Positions 17,719 through 26,034 of a stretch of DNA of 28,934 nt are shown piece by piece. Every line of letters begins with the position of its first letter. Position 1 is the stretch's first letter. This stretch comes from an uncultured Thermoplasmatales archaeon (GTDB taxonomy: Archaea > Thermoplasmatota > E2 > DHVEG-1), in the NCBI GenBank assembly GCA_964558215.1, contig CAZLDE010000001.1, forward strand, positions 1 to 28,934. Direction: 5' to 3'. The translations under genes and the position numbers were made by a program. Under the pieces are notes generated by a model. It was not told the DNA's origin. It worked only from the letters and a program-made list of their open reading frames with translations, and did not search any database.

Positions 17719-18696
17719 ATGGTAGGTCTTAGAGAGATAAAAGACAAGGGATATTTCCCACAAAAAACCTATCTCAAACTCATGATTGGTGGTGGTTTAT
17801 CCTTAACCAAGGTGTTACTGACATCCCCGGGTGATCTGAAAAAACTTCGGACGATCCATGGTTCCGCGGAGCGATACATCCGACCGAAACGACTCTACGA
17901 GTTACCTGTGTATGTAGAAGGGATGCGATGTGGTGTAACCGAGGAGAGGTACCTGAGACCGACGCTGTTTTGTAACCCGTGTGCACCCGAGGTTGTCGCG
18001 TTAGCACATCACCTGGGTGCCTTTCAGAAATCGGATTATGAGTTTGCGAAGGCTGCATTTGAGTTTACGAAGGAAAACCTTGATTTGGAAATCTGCACAA
18101 TGAACCCTGTGGAAGAGACTATCAGGCGGGGCACAGGAACCTGTTTTCATTTAATTACGGTGTTCATCGCACTGTGCCGTGCAGCAGGGATAAAAGCACG
18201 CTATAAGATGTTTGCGATGAATATGATTAAAGCATGGTACGATGTGCTTGTCGGAGCCGACCCTTTGGTGAAAAAATGGTATGATTCGATGGGGTATTTC
18301 ATGATTGAGGGTGAAGGAGAGGCGTTCATCGATGGCAGATGGGTCGTTGCTCATGTCGGTCCGACCGCGGAGCGGCAAGCTGCAGCAGGGATCCCCATTA
18401 CGAAGTTCGGGGAGGATTCTTTGGGTATTTGGTTCTTTGCTATTCCTGGGACGACCATGTATATGGAGTCGATGCCCTATGGGTTGGGCGGTGCGACGAA
18501 ACTGCTGAAACGGATAGCCCCTGGCTCGATGGAGCGGGTCAACATCAGCATCCAGCATCAGAATACGATGGGTAAAAAGATCATTACGGATGCCGGTGGG
18601 GAAGAAGCCTATGATGCGATGGCACGTAAGAAGCTGGGGCCGAAAGGGCCAACGGTAGAGCTTACGAAGAAAAGTCAAATCGTTTTTGGGGAGTGA
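17719..18696 (+). CDS. Cytoplasmic transglutaminase-like protein, paralog 2 (Cys-Glu-His at the triad positions)
   Basis: Colinear with paralog 1 (YLRPTLFCN, RRGTGTC, ALCRAAGI, RQAAA, GEDS, AGGE.AYDA.ARK). The ATG at 17719 is chosen because it gives the same length as paralog 1 and avoids overlap with the SDR. Confidence 0.85.
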   Translation: MVGLREIKDKGYFPQKTYLKLMIGGGLSLTKVLLTSPGDLKKLRTIHGSAERYIRPKRLYELPVYVEGMRCGVTEERYLRPTLFCNPCAPEVVALAHHLGAFQKSDYEFAKAAFEFTKENLDLEICTMNPVEETIRRGTGTCFHLITVFIALCRAAGIKARYKMFAMNMIKAWYDVLVGADPLVKKWYDSMGYFMIEGEGEAFIDGRWVVAHVGPTAERQAAAGIPITKFGEDSLGIWFFAIPGTTMYMESMPYGLGGATKLLKRIAPGSMERVNISIQHQNTMGKKIITDAGGEEAYDAMARKKLGPKGPTVELTKKSQIVFGE

Positions 18697-19961
18697 ACGT
18701 TATGCAAACCACCGAGCAGACACAGCCAAGTGTCTTTTTGAAACCCCGATCGAGACGGTATATCATTTACCTGGTTTTTTTTATGGGGATTGTGGCAATC
18801 ATGGATCAGTATCTTTCCATGGTCCCTATCACGTATATGAACTCCATCCTTGATGAATATTCAATGAGCGCCTCGCAGTTCTCATGGTGGGAGGCGCTGT
18901 ATTTGATTCCTACGTTTTTCATTTTCGCCCTCAACGGACTCGTTGATATTATCGGGAGAAAATTCTCCATTCTTGTTCTTGTCCTCATCATGGGATTGTC
19001 ATCGCTGGCTATCGTCCTTTTCACCCCAACGTTTCATCTCTTCATGGTCTTCTACGCGATCGTTACGTTCACAACCGTATCAAATATGTGGACGATTCCG
19101 ATTAGTGAAGAATCCCCAGCAAAAAAACGCGCGGAGCTTACCTCCATTGTGTATGTGATAGGGTTGTTTCCCCTCTCAGCCATCATACCTCTCTATGTTA
19201 TTCCGACACTCGGATGGAAGTGGATGTATGGGATCATGTTTTTCTTTATGATACCTGTTCTTGTCCTCTGGGTGTTCATGAAGGAAACTGGACGGTATGA
19301 GGAAATCAAAGAGGAACGCAAGTCTGGGAAATTGAAAAAGCATTTCTTTGGACTCGGGTCAATCAATCGAAGTGACATAAAATATATCTTTTTCTCTGCG
19401 GTTATTTGGCTATGCTGGCTGATTAATTCTCTTCTTATCATCCGCTGGATGGGGTATTATTTCATGGAGGTTCATGGGTATGCTCGGAGCGAATGGCTCA
19501 TGGTCTTTCTTGCTTCAGGCATCATGATGATCATCGGTGGTGTCGTCAGCGGATATGTCATGGACAAAATAGGGAGAAAAATCGGGTTTATCATCGGAGC
19601 AGCAGGGTTTGCTGTCTCCTTGTTTCTCATGTCGTTTGGACCAGTGCCGTTACTGCCTGTTTGGGGTGCTCTGACAGGATTTTTCATCGCATTTGCTTAT
19701 GCATGGGTCATCGTGTATATCCCAGAGATTTTCCCAACAGAGCGGAGAGGAACCTGTCTTGGTTGGACAACGACCGTGGCACGTGTCTCCTATGTTGTCG
19801 GACCCGTGATCGCAGCGGTGATGTTGGAAACAAATCCTACCATGGAATGGTTCTGGGTCGTGGGGGGACTGCTGATGATCCTTGCCATCGTTATTGTGGT
19901 CTTGTTCCATCCCTATGAGACCAAGGTTATGGAACTCGAAGAAATCGAGGTAAACCGGTAG
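18693..19961 (+). CDS. MFS transporter
   Basis: About 12 TM segments, motif A in both halves (GLVDIIGRK, GYVMDKIGRK), and EIFPTERRG. Overlaps the paralog-2 stop (GTGA); an alternative ATG lies at 18702. Confidence 0.92.
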   Translation: MNVMQTTEQTQPSVFLKPRSRRYIIYLVFFMGIVAIMDQYLSMVPITYMNSILDEYSMSASQFSWWEALYLIPTFFIFALNGLVDIIGRKFSILVLVLIMGLSSLAIVLFTPTFHLFMVFYAIVTFTTVSNMWTIPISEESPAKKRAELTSIVYVIGLFPLSAIIPLYVIPTLGWKWMYGIMFFFMIPVLVLWVFMKETGRYEEIKEERKSGKLKKHFFGLGSINRSDIKYIFFSAVIWLCWLINSLLIIRWMGYYFMEVHGYARSEWLMVFLASGIMMIIGGVVSGYVMDKIGRKIGFIIGAAGFAVSLFLMSFGPVPLLPVWGALTGFFIAFAYAWVIVYIPEIFPTERRGTCLGWTTTVARVSYVVGPVIAAVMLETNPTMEWFWVVGGLLMILAIVIVVLFHPYETKVMELEEIEVNR

Positions 19962-19990
19962 AAGATGCTTCACAATAAACTGGTAACGAT

Positions 19991-20038
19991 TTATTTTTTA
20001 AAGTAATAATACCAAGTAGGGTTCCCAGTTACTTTTTT
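19991..20038 (+). terminator. Possible T-rich terminator of the transglutaminase-2/MFS unit
   Basis: T-tracts at 19995-19999 and 20033-20038, flanking an AAAGTAA/TTACTTT inverted repeat (20000-20006/20029-20035). Confidence 0.3.
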
Positions 20039-20422
20039 AGTATCTGGATGGGAAACGCCGTTATGATGGAAAATCGGTATGGATTGTACAACAAGTCCTT
20101 TATAACGCGACAGACAAAAGAACGTGTTGAGGAACCTGTATGAAAACAATCCTGCGGAGAAAAGATAACACCAGTATTTTCTGTCCAAGCCTTATAAAAC
20201 GAAACGTATCTTCTTCTGGTAAAAACAAAGTCATTGAAGGATGCATTGGGTGTTCACTTCTAGTGATCGGGCTTTTTATTCTTCTCTTTTTTTAAGTTGC
20301 AGGCACAGAACTCCAACCCTTGTGAAAGACCTTGTCCCTGCAATCTTTTTTTCGAAATCCATATAAAATAGAAAACCCTAATAGAGACATAACGACAGTG
20401 AATAAAGGGGAACTGTACAACT

Positions 20423-20719
20423 ATGATCAGTGTCAAGGTCTATCGACAGGGTGATGACGTTGTCATCAGCGCTTGTGACGAGCAGCTCTTGGGCAAAAAA
20501 TTCCGGAAAGGAAAGTTACAAATCGATGTCGCAAAGCACTTCTATGACGGCGAGCGGATCAATAAGAAAACCTTGGAGAAATTCCTTCTTGATGCAACCA
20601 TTGCTAACCTGGTTGGCAAAGAGACGGTTGCCTGTGCGATCAGCCTTGGGTTGGTGGATCCCAACTGCATCCTCAAAATCAAGGGGATCCCGCATGCTCA
20701 AATCGTCCATATGTTCTGA
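20423..20719 (+). CDS. DUF424 family protein
   Basis: ACDEQLLGKKF, FYDG and ATIANLVG motifs; 98 aa, as typical of archaeal DUF424. Confidence 0.88.
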   Translation: MISVKVYRQGDDVVISACDEQLLGKKFRKGKLQIDVAKHFYDGERINKKTLEKFLLDATIANLVGKETVACAISLGLVDPNCILKIKGIPHAQIVHMF

Positions 20720-20721
20720 GT

Positions 20722-21192
20722 TCATGAGGAGCCTTTTAGAAGATGGAGGTTTATTTTTTCTCTCATGTTCTCATAATGTGTTCCCATCCAGTAGTATTTC
20801 TTGCAGGTTGGGCAGTACCAGAACGCGTCCCTTGTTCTGAATACCTGTTCAGGGATATACGGTTCAAGTCCTTTTTTTTCAACGGAACGAAGAGGGTTGT
20901 TACACAGGGTGCAGCGGGATAGAATTGTCTTTTCATCAACCGTTATATGTGAGAGAACCTGTGCTATTTGTTCAGAAAGACGGGTCGTCTGTATTTCTAG
21001 GACAGGGAGCTGTGCTTTCTTGCCTCGTTGTATCAATCGTTTATCACGGGAGATAAGAAGTCGGTTTTCCTCTTTGGCAGTCTGCAGGAGAGAATCATCA
21101 GTGGTCGTATTATCTGGATACATCGTATCAAATCCAAAAATACGCAGCCATTTCGCAAGCGAACCAAGCATGTGATCACAGAGTAGTTTCAT
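20722..21192 (-). CDS. Mut7-C RNase domain protein (PIN-like fold with Zn ribbon)
   Basis: CDHMLGSLAKWLRIFGFDT, SRD, RCTLCN and CPTCKKYYWMGTH motifs. Confidence 0.9.
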   Translation of the reverse strand: MKLLCDHMLGSLAKWLRIFGFDTMYPDNTTTDDSLLQTAKEENRLLISRDKRLIQRGKKAQLPVLEIQTTRLSEQIAQVLSHITVDEKTILSRCTLCNNPLRSVEKKGLEPYIPEQVFRTRDAFWYCPTCKKYYWMGTHYENMREKINLHLLKGSS

Positions 21193-21253
21193 AGTACACC
21201 AGAATGGTAAGGAGGAATTTGTCTTTTACAATACTGTCCTATTCATGGTTTTC

Positions 21254-23047
21254 TTAGAAATATCGACGGACCTCAAGCATATCAAAATTCGGGTTCCCGA
21301 CGTTATCGTAAGCGATGACGATGATGGTGTGTTTGTGGAAGAAGAGCGGGGCTTTTGTCCATCTCCAGCTGTAGGGCTCCTGGGTATCGGTGAAGAGGGG
21401 TTCATTGGAGTCATCAATGAGGAATTCAACTCGGGCGATACCAGAATGGGCATCTGATGCTTCGACATCAATAGTCACAGGGCCGAAAAGCAGGGTTCCT
21501 TGTCTAAACATCCAGGGCATAAAACGGAGGTTCCCAAGATACAGTCCATTTGTTGGCGAGACGATCGTCACAACTGGAGGAATGGTATCCTCGCCGATGT
21601 ACGGCTCCATTAAAGGATAGCGGTCCGTGTTAATCCCATCTGGGATTGCGTACGGTGTATCACCAATACCATCCCCGTCGTCATCAGAACCAGTGTAATC
21701 ATCCCAGTAGTTACCCCCCGAGGGGTATCCGTCATCCCAGATGTTGTTCCCATTGTCATAGGCGTGATGGCGGTTTGATTGGAATGTATTGTGGTAGATA
21801 CAATTGTTGGATGCATCTGAAATCCCTAGACCTGCGTAGAAGTTATTGGCAATGGTATTCTCGATAATGTTGCTGTTGATACATCCGGGTTTCAGGACAA
21901 CCCCGTTCCATCCATTATCCGTGATTTGATTGTTCGCAATGGTGGTATCCTGCACGTTCTGTTTCAGTATGATGCCGTGGAAGTTTTTAGTGATGATATT
22001 ATACAGGAGAGAACAAGTATTTCCCTGTACAACAATGCCAGCGTTTTGTTCCATGGTGCCACTGTGTCGAACCATAAATCCTTCGATTGAGACATTATCA
22101 GAACAGATTGTTATCACATCGCCATTGTATCGTCCATCAATGATCGTTTCACAGGAGTGACCTCCACCCCAGAGCATGATTGATTTGGAAATCAAGAGAT
22201 GTTCTAAATAGATACCATGTGAAACGCTAATCTCTTGGCCATCCTGGGTGTTATCATCATCGATGGCTTTCTGGATTGTTAAAAAAATCTCCTCGGTATC
22301 GGTGTTGTAGATGGAGCCATAGGGATGGATGAGTGGGTAGGTATCCTGAGAGCAGTTTCCCGTAGGATAGGGGATCTCTCCAATACCGTCTTCATCGTCA
22401 TCTGTTCCGTTGTAATCATCCCAGTAGTTTCCTCCACCGGGGTATCCTGCATCCCAAGTACTGCCTGCGGTGATATCAACTGCTTGATAGGCGTTTTTCA
22501 TGAAGTTGTTGTGGCAGATTTGGTTGTTTGTCCCAATGACATACAGCCCGTAGTTATCATTATTGCGGAAATTATTGTTTGTGATGACATTATTTGAGGT
22601 ATGGACCATGATTCCCGCGTTATTCGGCGCGCTTCCACAATCGGATATTGAAAACCCGCTGAGGGTCACATTGTCTGCAACGATTTGAACGATGGTCCCG
22701 CTATAGCTATATCCAACGATGGATGCAAATCTATCTTCACCAAGAAGTTCAATGGATTTGCTGACAACAATATTCTCCCGATAAACCCCAGGGAAGACAT
22801 AGACAGTATCTCCCTCGCTGGCATGGTCTATACCATCCTGGATGAATTGGTAGGGATAGTCCATGGTACCTTCCCAGGGTCCTTCGGTGTTGTCGTCATC
22901 AACATAGATGGTTAAGTCTCCATAGCTCGTTGTTTCGGTTTCTGTGCTAGGAATCATGGTTGCTGATGCAGGGATGATGCAGAGACTTGCGATAACAAAA
23001 ACGATTAACATCTTACTGACATATGTTTTTAGCGATATAGTTCTCAT
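21254..23047 (-). CDS. Secreted NosD/pectin-lyase-like parallel beta-helix protein with two beta-helix units and a C-terminal Ig-like domain
   Basis: Signal peptide; IYVDDDN; IQDGID/IQKAID unit starts; Asn-ladder repeats; GGNYWDDY twice; C-terminal PPVVTIVSP...AYDNVGN domain. Confidence 0.88.
   Translation of the reverse strand: MRTISLKTYVSKMLIVFVIASLCIIPASATMIPSTETETTSYGDLTIYVDDDNTEGPWEGTMDYPYQFIQDGIDHASEGDTVYVFPGVYRENIVVSKSIELLGEDRFASIVGYSYSGTIVQIVADNVTLSGFSISDCGSAPNNAGIMVHTSNNVITNNNFRNNDNYGLYVIGTNNQICHNNFMKNAYQAVDITAGSTWDAGYPGGGNYWDDYNGTDDDEDGIGEIPYPTGNCSQDTYPLIHPYGSIYNTDTEEIFLTIQKAIDDDNTQDGQEISVSHGIYLEHLLISKSIMLWGGGHSCETIIDGRYNGDVITICSDNVSIEGFMVRHSGTMEQNAGIVVQGNTCSLLYNIITKNFHGIILKQNVQDTTIANNQITDNGWNGVVLKPGCINSNIIENTIANNFYAGLGISDASNNCIYHNTFQSNRHHAYDNGNNIWDDGYPSGGNYWDDYTGSDDDGDGIGDTPYAIPDGINTDRYPLMEPYIGEDTIPPVVTIVSPTNGLYLGNLRFMPWMFRQGTLLFGPVTIDVEASDAHSGIARVEFLIDDSNEPLFTDTQEPYSWRWTKAPLFFHKHTIIVIAYDNVGNPNFDMLEVRRYF
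21610..22845 (-). repeat. Intragenic tandem duplication of a beta-helix unit
   Basis: GYPGGGNYWDDYNGTDDDEDGIGEIPY (about 22365-22456) and GYPSGGNYWDDYTGSDDDGDGIGDTPY (about 21651-21739). The second unit is roughly 50 aa longer. Confidence 0.8.
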
Positions 23048-23053
23048 GATATT

Positions 23054-23105
23054 CCTCCGACTCCTTTATTTTATCTAATATTTAGTTATATAAATAGTCT
23101 ATTTA
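23054..23105 (-). promoter_or_regulatory. TATA box (TTTATATA, 23094-23087), SD (GGAGG, 23058-23054) and an overlapping 15-bp palindrome (23091-23105)
   Basis: Consensus elements at plausible spacing from the ATG at 23047; perfect palindrome TAAATAG-T-CTATTTA. Confidence 0.55.
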
Positions 23106-23141
23106 AATATTTTCTGAATTAATCAGCGGAATATACTGATT

Positions 23142-24248
23142 TTATAAATCTAAAAATCGTCCGTTCTTGTAAATCAGCTCGTTATCCGCGTAGACTTCCC
23201 CGTTTTTCCGCAGGTCAAGGACCATGTCCCAATGCAAACTGGATTTGTTTTTACTTTTTGTCTCTGGGTATCCAGCTCCCACTGCAAGATGGATGGTGCC
23301 ACCTATCTTTTCATCAAACAAGGTATTCTTCGTATAGTTCTTCACCCCGTAATTCGTACCAAACGCGAACTCGCCTAATCGCTTTGCACCAGGATCCATA
23401 GCAAGCATGGCGCGAAGGAAGGATTCTCCTTTCGATGCGGTCGCCTTTACCACAGCGCCTTTCTTGAACCAAAGCTGGATGTCGTTGACCTCACGACCGC
23501 TGTATGATCCGGGGAATGAATAGCTGATGTATCCCTCTGCAGAGTTTTCGACAGGACCTGTAAACACCTCGCCATCAGGGAAATTTTCTTTCCCTGAGCA
23601 GTTTATCCAGGTCCGACCTGCCACGGAGACTGTTAAATCAGTGTCTTTTGCTACGACATGGAGATTTTTTTTCGTACTAAGCAGTCTTCGAATCTTCTCC
23701 TGCTGCTTGTGGACGTCTCTCCAATATTTGATGGGTTCTTTGGCCTGGACATGGGCAGCGTTGAATACAAAATCCTCATACTCGGCAAGGGACATCTCTG
23801 CGTCTTGAGCGGAGGATTGGGTTGGATACTGGGTGACGCACCAGCGGAGGTCTTTCTTTGCTGCTCGCTCAAGGAACGTCCGATGGATCTGCTCATGGGC
23901 AGCGCTGCTAATCGCCTGTTTCTTTGGGTCGATGTTGGTCATGTTTCGTGTATTCTCCGGGCTGATGATGGCTAGGCTGGCATTGATGCGTTCGATTTCG
24001 AATTTGCTCAGTGGAGAGACGTATTTTAGCTGCTGCTCGGAGGAGTGTTTGTAGTAAATCTCCGCAAGACCATCGATACCGATATTGGTGAAGGGATGTG
24101 CACCAATCCTCACCGCTTGCTTGTAGACTTCCTTGATTAATGGTGCTGCAAGATGACTGCCTGAAATTCTGAATAAATCGTTCTTCTTCAGCTCCAATGA
24201 ATACTTAACGAGGATGGTTGCGAGTTTTTCTAATCGTTTGTCCATCAT
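23142..24248 (-). CDS. M29 family (aminopeptidase T/II, AmpS-like) metallo-aminopeptidase
   Basis: NFPDGEVFTGP, LGEFAFG, LFDEKIGGTIHLAVG and SSLHWDMV motifs. The ATG at 24248 is preferred over TTG at 24272. Confidence 0.93.
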   Translation of the reverse strand: MMDKRLEKLATILVKYSLELKKNDLFRISGSHLAAPLIKEVYKQAVRIGAHPFTNIGIDGLAEIYYKHSSEQQLKYVSPLSKFEIERINASLAIISPENTRNMTNIDPKKQAISSAAHEQIHRTFLERAAKKDLRWCVTQYPTQSSAQDAEMSLAEYEDFVFNAAHVQAKEPIKYWRDVHKQQEKIRRLLSTKKNLHVVAKDTDLTVSVAGRTWINCSGKENFPDGEVFTGPVENSAEGYISYSFPGSYSGREVNDIQLWFKKGAVVKATASKGESFLRAMLAMDPGAKRLGEFAFGTNYGVKNYTKNTLFDEKIGGTIHLAVGAGYPETKSKNKSSLHWDMVLDLRKNGEVYADNELIYKNGRFLDL

Positions 24249-24301
24249 AGTTGATACCCTGCCTGAGAACAAGTAAAATGATAAAAGAGTTTCTGGTCGG
24301 G

Positions 24302-25555
24302 TTAGATCTTCTCCCAGTCTTTGAGCACGGATTCCCAGTGGTATTTTTTTATTGCCTCGATCTCGTCAAGTTTTCGAATGATGCGCTCGTAACCCTTCAG
24401 CAGGGTTCGTGTCGAGACCTTTACGATGAAATCATATTTTCCTGAGGTTGCAGACACATGGGAGACCCCTCGGATGTCCCAGAGTTTCATCAATGTCTCA
24501 CGTATGGGTGTTCCTGGTTTGACGGTGATGAAGATATACGATTTCACCACGGTGAGTGCAAAGGAGATGATGCCCATGGCGATCAGGACCATACCGATGA
24601 CTTTAATGAGAAGCATCACGGGGTCTGTTGAAAACTCCGTGATGACACCCATCTGAAGGAGGATGATGGAGAAGGGGATAGCAAAGATGATGGTGGATGC
24701 ACGGATCGCGTTATTGACACTGGCTTTTCCCATACCCAGGGAACGGATATAAAGAACGTAGGAGAAGAACGTTGTCCCCATGGTCAAGGCAAGCAGGAGG
24801 AAATAGTGAGGATCGATGGAGGTTGTAAACCCTGCGATGAGGTGATTACCATTTGTAAAAAAATCAAAGAAGAACAAGACGAGGGCAGTGAAGAGGCAGG
24901 AAAACACAACGTTCCAGAAACGGATGTTGATGGAATCATTTGGCCTATTCTGTATTTTTAAAATCTTTAATTTTCTTTGATAGATGGAGAAGACCGCCCA
25001 GGTTGGGTTGACGATGATGAAGACAAGAAGGATTGGCAGGAGCTGGAATTTCCCTGTCAAGCTGATGGATGCGAGAACAGCTCCGAAGGTGACGATGACG
25101 GATGATTGTATCTCTACCAAAGTTGGTACGTCTTTTTCCGTGATGGATTCCATGAGAAGCAGATACAAGATGACAATCTGGGAGAACGATAAGATTACGC
25201 TTGGGTCCTGCACCGTTGAGACGATCGCACAGTATCCGACCGTGTTGATCGCGTTCATAATACCTGCAATGAGATGGTATTTCACCTCGCTTTTCTTTAC
25301 CATGCGGATATGCTTGAAGGAGGGATCAAGGACTCGCGCTCCGAGACTTTCTCCTTTTACTTTTACGGAGAGAGCAAGGGTGATGAGCAGAGTAATCACC
25401 GACCCGATAAAAAAGAGTGCAAATGCGAACGACCAGGGGTCGTATTTGAACGCGGGCTGACCACCGACATAGCTATCGATTGCGGTAACTGCCGCGGCAA
25501 TGAACGACGACGTGATCGCCAGGATATAAAATAGGTATTTTTTCCTAATGATCAT
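24302..25555 (-). CDS. EamA/DMT-family transporter fused to a C-terminal Lrp/AsnC ligand-binding (RAM) domain
   Basis: About 10 TM segments in two similar halves. The soluble C-terminal ~80 aa (YIFITVKPG...ATSGKYDFIVKV) align with the neighbouring stand-alone Lrp domain. Confidence 0.82.
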   Translation of the reverse strand: MIIRKKYLFYILAITSSFIAAAVTAIDSYVGGQPAFKYDPWSFAFALFFIGSVITLLITLALSVKVKGESLGARVLDPSFKHIRMVKKSEVKYHLIAGIMNAINTVGYCAIVSTVQDPSVILSFSQIVILYLLLMESITEKDVPTLVEIQSSVIVTFGAVLASISLTGKFQLLPILLVFIIVNPTWAVFSIYQRKLKILKIQNRPNDSINIRFWNVVFSCLFTALVLFFFDFFTNGNHLIAGFTTSIDPHYFLLLALTMGTTFFSYVLYIRSLGMGKASVNNAIRASTIIFAIPFSIILLQMGVITEFSTDPVMLLIKVIGMVLIAMGIISFALTVVKSYIFITVKPGTPIRETLMKLWDIRGVSHVSATSGKYDFIVKVSTRTLLKGYERIIRKLDEIEAIKKYHWESVLKDWEKI

Positions 25556-25567
25556 GTTTTCGTCTCA

Positions 25568-25810
25568 TTATTGTAGGCTGATTTCTTTTTCTATGATTTG
25601 GGTGGTGGTCTTCGTAACTCCATCGATCATCTGGATCTTGTCAGTGACGTTTAACAGTTCTTCGAGGTTTTTTACCTGGGCTCGTACGACGATGTCGTAT
25701 TCCCCGGCGATAACTGAGATTTTTGCGACGTTGTCGAGCTGTCGCATTTCCTTTATCGCTTTGTCTGTTTTCCCTGGTTGGATGGTGATAAGGATGTACG
25801 CGCTTATCAT
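25568..25810 (-). CDS. Stand-alone Lrp/AsnC ligand-binding domain protein (no HTH)
   Basis: 80 aa; AYILITIQPG...IAGEYDIVVRA...IDGVTKTTT is the typical RAM-domain pattern. Confidence 0.9.
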   Translation of the reverse strand: MISAYILITIQPGKTDKAIKEMRQLDNVAKISVIAGEYDIVVRAQVKNLEELLNVTDKIQMIDGVTKTTTQIIEKEISLQ

Positions 25811-26034
25811 GGTTCTTCACCCGTCTTTCACGCGGAATATTGATTGTTGGTATAAAGTTATCTGTATATGAGTTTACAGGGTTGCACACATCATTCATCT
25901 GGTTTCTCCTAATACGCCCTTGTTACCTTCTCTGATTCCTCTTTCTAGTGACATTTAATTTTACAATAAATTATGCTACAATAGATACTTTATTAAAGAG
26001 AGAACTATTATAAAACGACTATCTGGAGGAAAAA

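Noticed and set aside
18151-18678. 175-aa minus-strand ORF
   Set aside because: Antisense shadow of transglutaminase paralog 2, with no recognisable motifs.
19962-20422. tRNA or other structured ncRNA in the long intergenic gap, including a weak GCAGG/CCTGC hairpin at 20299-20341
   Set aside because: No cloverleaf or TTCRA T-loop is visible, and the hairpin is short and mismatched.
20423-21192. DUF424 plus Mut7-C RNase as a toxin-antitoxin pair
   Set aside because: The genes are convergent rather than co-transcribed, and both are widespread archaeal families; the sequence gives no TA evidence.
24984-25460. 158-aa plus-strand ORF
   Set aside because: Antisense shadow of the EamA-Lrp fusion gene.
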